Assembly (NCBI GenBank): GCA_000708835.1
Contig: DF236960.1
Location: forward strand, 90,982-154,981
Length of the DNA: 64,000 nt
Source of the DNA: Klebsormidium nitens
Taxonomy: Eukaryota > Plantae > Klebsormidiophyceae
Reading direction: 5' to 3'
Part shown: piece after piece, positions 59,331-64,000 of the stretch
Position numbering within the stretch: position 1 is the stretch's first letter
How the letters are laid out: each line of letters begins with the position of its first letter
Position numbers and translations under genes: made by a program
Notes under the pieces: generated by a model
Seen by the model: the letters and a program-made list of their open reading frames with translations, nothing else
Database searches by the model: none
What the model was told of the DNA's origin: nothing

Positions 59331-60719
59331 TAGGATTCAGGAATGCAACTTCGAATTTAACGCTTCAAATTACGTGGATACGGTATTGCCTTGATTTCTA
59401 TCTCAGAGCTTGGGACATTGATTATCTTTCTAAACCTGTCGAAATCTTTCTGAGCTGCCAAGACTGACGAGTAATTTAGAGACTACGCTTCGACGCGCTT
59501 ACTCGAAATAAAGTTATCGTGCATATAATTCACATTTTATAACCTATACATCTATCGCTTTGTGAGTCGGCATTCACAGTATTTACTATTTACTGTTCAC
59601 TTGAGTTGATGTGATTCGACGAAACCCAAACGCTGTCTCGGCCGGCACTCGGCGCCGTTGGCGGGTCTTGCGGTGCGTGTGCACTGTGCGGTACACTCAG
59701 CCAATTCAGACCACTAATGAGATTCAACTTGATCCCAGCCACAAATTAGATAGACCGTCGGCCAGTGCAAACGCTTGCGAGCCGTGTGTCTGCCGAAATA
59801 CCGTACAGAAAATCAGGCTGACAGCCAATCAGACTCCACCGGCAACGGAAATGGCGGGGTCCAATCCTCACCCTAGAATGGCGGCGCAGAAAGACCCGTG
59901 ACTCGTGAGTCATGAATGCACTTGGGTACGTAAGTATGTACTGACGTAGGTAGGTACGTCTGCATTTTCGTTGTTACAATATGGTTTGCACATTGTAGAC
60001 ACTAGTAACTACTAACTTAATCACACTGATCAGAGTTGTGAGTGATGGTTTAATTATTAAATTTTAAGGGTTTTAGCCTCTTTTAGGGAATTAGTTATCA
60101 AATTGCTCAATAATTTACCATCCCTCCATCGATGGGTGGACACTACTAGTATGGGCACAGGACTTCGACTAATATTAGCTGACTCTTCTAAGGCGCGCGG
60201 CCGTGAGGCTTGGGCAATTTTGCGGCCCCCAAGCCGTGCCATCAACTAATTGGAGGAATTTGTATGTATATCCTTTTAGCGATTGATCGAGCATACCAGT
60301 TCGGGCTAGGCCTCAACTCGTTACTGTAGCCAGGCTTCCGAGTCCCCCATAGCCAAGGCCCAGACGGGATCAATCTTCTTGCGGTTTCTGGGTTAATTTG
60401 CCAACAACTTGATCCATTGATATGTGGCGTTTGGTACTGTTGCGATCATTATATCGAAACCAGAGCAACTCGAAGCTTCGTGAATGAGCGGGCCACGGTT
60501 TCTATGTTTGGATTCGTTGATAATGTCGAACTGCATTTCAATCATGCATCGACCAGAACTTGAGTCAAATTGAATACGGTAATAACATTGACTCTTTCTA
60601 TGCATGGCCCAAGTCATCCCGATTTTCAGCCTCCGGTCACGTCTTCTAAAGTGCGCGTGGCATGCCGCGGCGCCGCCTCCGGTCCAGTTTCGACAGTAAC
60701 ATTTGTCACACCGTTTCTT

Positions 60720-60825
60720 TACCTTTAACACCATGTCGATCATCAATAGGAGGTTTCCTTCCTTGGAATACCTTTAACACCATGGAGGAATATTAGCTAG
60801 TGGGAGTTTTCCTTCGTAAGAAACC
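60720..60825. repeat. 49-bp-period degenerate tandem duplication
   Basis: tacctttaacaccatg at 60720 and 60769, each followed by gg.g.tttccttc. Confidence 0.6.
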
Positions 60826-63800
60826 CAGATTCCCAGACGGCTTTCAAGCCTTTTACTTCGACCGAGGCCTTTGCAATCGCGGACACTTTGCGGCAGTCGC
60901 GTTTCTGCGGGAGCTGTGATCGTCGCTATACTTTTGTTTCGTCCTTGGTTTGCGTGACGAGACGTACATTATTTGCACGGGCACTAACTTACTATGAGAC
61001 GGCGATGAGGTACCGGTTGTCGACATGGCATGCAGCGGACACGCCACGTCATGTCTTTTGGCGCTCGTTCCAGAGCCCTCAGGCTCCTTCGTTCTTGAGA
61101 ATCTAGATCGTTCGCGGCACCAATTACCAGCCTGATTGTATTCAGGATTGCGGTGGGGCATCTGAATTAGATAGCGCCTCTAGGGGGCCTCTATACGCCA
61201 CCAAAAGACGTTACCTCTAGACGTCACCTCTAGACGGTCTCCTAAGTGAGTGCCCATCAGACTACACTCTTACGTACCTCGACTGCTGAAAGGGTTTTCA
61301 CATTGACTTCAACAAACTGGATTCATCAAGCGCCTGAAGGAAGTGGCGGGCTTCGAAACGTGTGCTATTCACCCAGATCATCAATCGATCTCCTGCAGTG
61401 CTGGAGGCTTCACTGGAGTCACTCCGTGCGACAACAGATTATGGCGATGATCGAGCATGCAGAGATGCGGATGATCTCAGAACCTGGTCTCGTTTCGTCG
61501 ACTGATTCCCACAGTCTCTGCCCGGCTACCCAGCTAGCTTTCTTTCCTTTAGCTTGCGACTTTCTCTGGTTAACGAGTCGGTGAGTAAAGTTTCTGTAAG
61601 GCCACGGATACGTTGGGGGCAAATAAGAAAGGTCAGCGATCCGTAGCTGGCATCTTGTTCGAAGTCAGGCACATGGGCTTTCAGATGGGCTGTGATTTGC
61701 ACTTTGAGCGTCCATCTCCCTCCTGGGATGGCGGTCCGAATCGCCAATGTTCCCCGATTCTTCCCGTATACGTATTGCTCGAGTTTGTTTGGCATGTCAA
61801 GGCGCGGCTGGTTAGTAATGTGTCCGGCTTAAACGAGACCCGTACACAGACGCATCAGCTTGCTGAACAGGGCGACCGCACACCGCGTTTTTCGGTTCCT
61901 GTGTCGCCTGGAGACGTGTGTATCTTCTTGCGCCCAAGCGCGAAACGCTCGTGCGGGGTGACCGCACAGGACGTCTTTGAACAACGTCTCGGTGACATCA
62001 CGCCCTATTCGATGTCGGCTGGTGTCTGAAGATTGCTTTATTGCCCAGTGCTTCCGTCTGAAGATGTGCGAACAGATGCTCTCCACATGTGTCATTACAT
62101 ACCTCCGAAAGATCCCAAGACTGTTTACATGGCCTCGATCAGGCCATGAAGATGACAACCTCGTGAATTGAGACGCTGTAACTTGTGCAAGTTCGTCACC
62201 ACTCCGACTGCCCAAAAAATTGGCACCAAGACAGACCTTTCGAAAGGCACGTTAATTCCCTGTCGTCACCTTTTTGAACGTCGCGGTACAGCCAGATCAC
62301 AGCTTTTGGGATTAGTTTGCGAGTCCGGAAGCAAACGCTCGAAAACCCTGAGCGCACCATGAGACAAAAAAGATGGCTGCTGAACGGTAACCACAAATGA
62401 ATCTCCCTGGTTGTCTGCTACAGTGATACCTCCGATATGTGTCTCTGAGCGGTCTCGTTCTTACTCCAAGCCTTTCTTCAGCGGCTTGGAGAGCAATTCC
62501 GGCCTGGCACTTTAAGCCTCCGGTCATTCAGCATCGAGCACCGGCCTTGTCGTTCAAAGGAATTGCACGAGCGCACCCGCCTCGCCGTGCGCGTCATGTG
62601 CGCGTCATATGCGCGTCATCTGCTGAATGTGTGGCTTTGTTTATCATCAACGAAAGTGAGTATGGACGTAAGGCCTGCCGAGCTTTACCCACGAGATTTG
62701 CCTTCCGTCCGAAAAGCGAGCACGTTTCTTGAATCAACTCAGCTGCGATCAAGTACTCTCAGGGCGCAAGGGACGTCTTTTCCCATGTTATCGCTGACCG
62801 TTTAGCAAGATGCATCCATGCTGATCATGGGGTTATCTGGAGCCGAACTTTCGGCTCCGCTGAAAGGAGTCTGCTGACCGAGACTAGCCGGTGTCATATA
62901 AAAATCTAGTCACATCCTGTTCGCTACCCACCTCAGTAGGTTCTGAGGAGGTGATCTGCAACGATAGTGAGGACGCTCACGCTTTGGCGGGCCAAAGGCC
63001 GGCCAGTAGTCCAAAGGATGTTCCTCGGACGCCGTTGTCGTGCTTCGTCTAAACTTGACCCCAGATTTCCGCACGGCCGATTCGTCTAGATGCACTGACA
63101 GTAGTCGAAAGATCAAAGGCCTCTTGGCTTTTGTGTGGATTTGAGTACGTTTAGCCACTCTGTAACCCACTAGTTTATTCATTACGTCTGGAGATGCTTC
63201 ACCGTTTAACGACTCTCGACGGCATCCTTCTTGTTTGATGAAACCCGCTTGCTCGTCCTTCTACGTCCGGTACAATCGACCCTTTGCAGCCCTCCGGATC
63301 GAGACTCAGCGACTTGAGTTCCGACCCCGTGACATGCTTTTGGCAGGTTATGAAGAGAGTTATCAGAAGCTGAGTAGTGCTAGTATTGTGGAATGTGGAG
63401 GTTTACTTTTAGATTCTGTCGTTCTCTGCCGTTCGATGCAGGGACGTTGCATGAAGCCGGGTGGGGACGTCATCAAGCTGTAAAGGGCTGACGAGCAAGC
63501 TAGGCAAACTTTTGGCGTGGCTTGGCACTCAACTTTTGGGTTGATTAGTAACGGAGCCGCATGTACAATAGAATTCAGATCCGCTTTGGGAAATGAAACG
63601 GTCGAGAGTCAGAAGAATCGAAGGGAAATTTCACTCAAAGCTCGAAAACCTCGGTTTGCGTAAATAGAACGGAAGAGAACGTTCCCACTTGCGCAGAAAA
63701 GTCTCTCGTCGTGATTGCCAGAAATCTGAGACGTCGCACCGGCTACATCTCTCTTTGTGGTGTGGCCCGAAGCGCAATTTAAGTACATCTGATTGACCGG

Positions 63801-64000
63801 GCCGGGTCAAGAATCTTGAAGTATCTGGCAGAAACACAGTCTCGTTTTCAACGGTTTTCCTTTGCTTAGCCGGTGCATCACGCATTTCCGGTTAGAGCGA
63901 TTCTGTTCAAGCCGTAGGAATCATCTTTGACATGAGCCTCTTCAGCTTGTCGTACTATGAGCGCCCCCTGCGGCGGCCAGCCATTGCGGCAAATTTTATT

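Noticed and set aside
61526-62527. Fourth spliced gene on the minus strand near the right end
   Set aside because: Some plausible splice signals exist, but phases and translations did not give a coherent or recognisable protein.

Overview
Eukaryotic, intron-rich genomic DNA with GT-AG introns. Gene content and style suggest a streptophyte green alga such as Klebsormidium, which is an inference. Three spliced minus-strand genes can be assembled with consistent intron phases: (1) an 11-exon leucine-rich-repeat protein of the At1g15740 / 'F-box/LRR-repeat protein 14-like' type, 577 aa, 1103-22726; (2) an 8-exon DnaJ protein of the DNAJB12/14 (plant DnaJ49-like) type with J domain, hydrophobic segment and DUF1977-type tail, 384 aa, 25746-32008; (3) a 9-10-exon TraB-domain protein, 51524 to about 59215. 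The ~18 kb between DnaJ and TraB has no gene I can support. It holds a degenerate ~310-bp higher-order tandem array and decayed coding-like relics. Mobile DNA includes a Stowaway-like MITE with TA target duplication, a second ~195-bp TIR family with an internal hairpin, and a decayed Ty3/gypsy RT-RNase H relic. The most striking signal is that many coding boundaries (acceptors, donors, stop codons) are flanked on their non-coding side by tandem, degraded copies ('echoes') of that boundary, mostly spaced 105-220 bp apart. Several LRR-gene echoes differ from the real exon almost only at third codon positions, which simple neutral decay does not predict.
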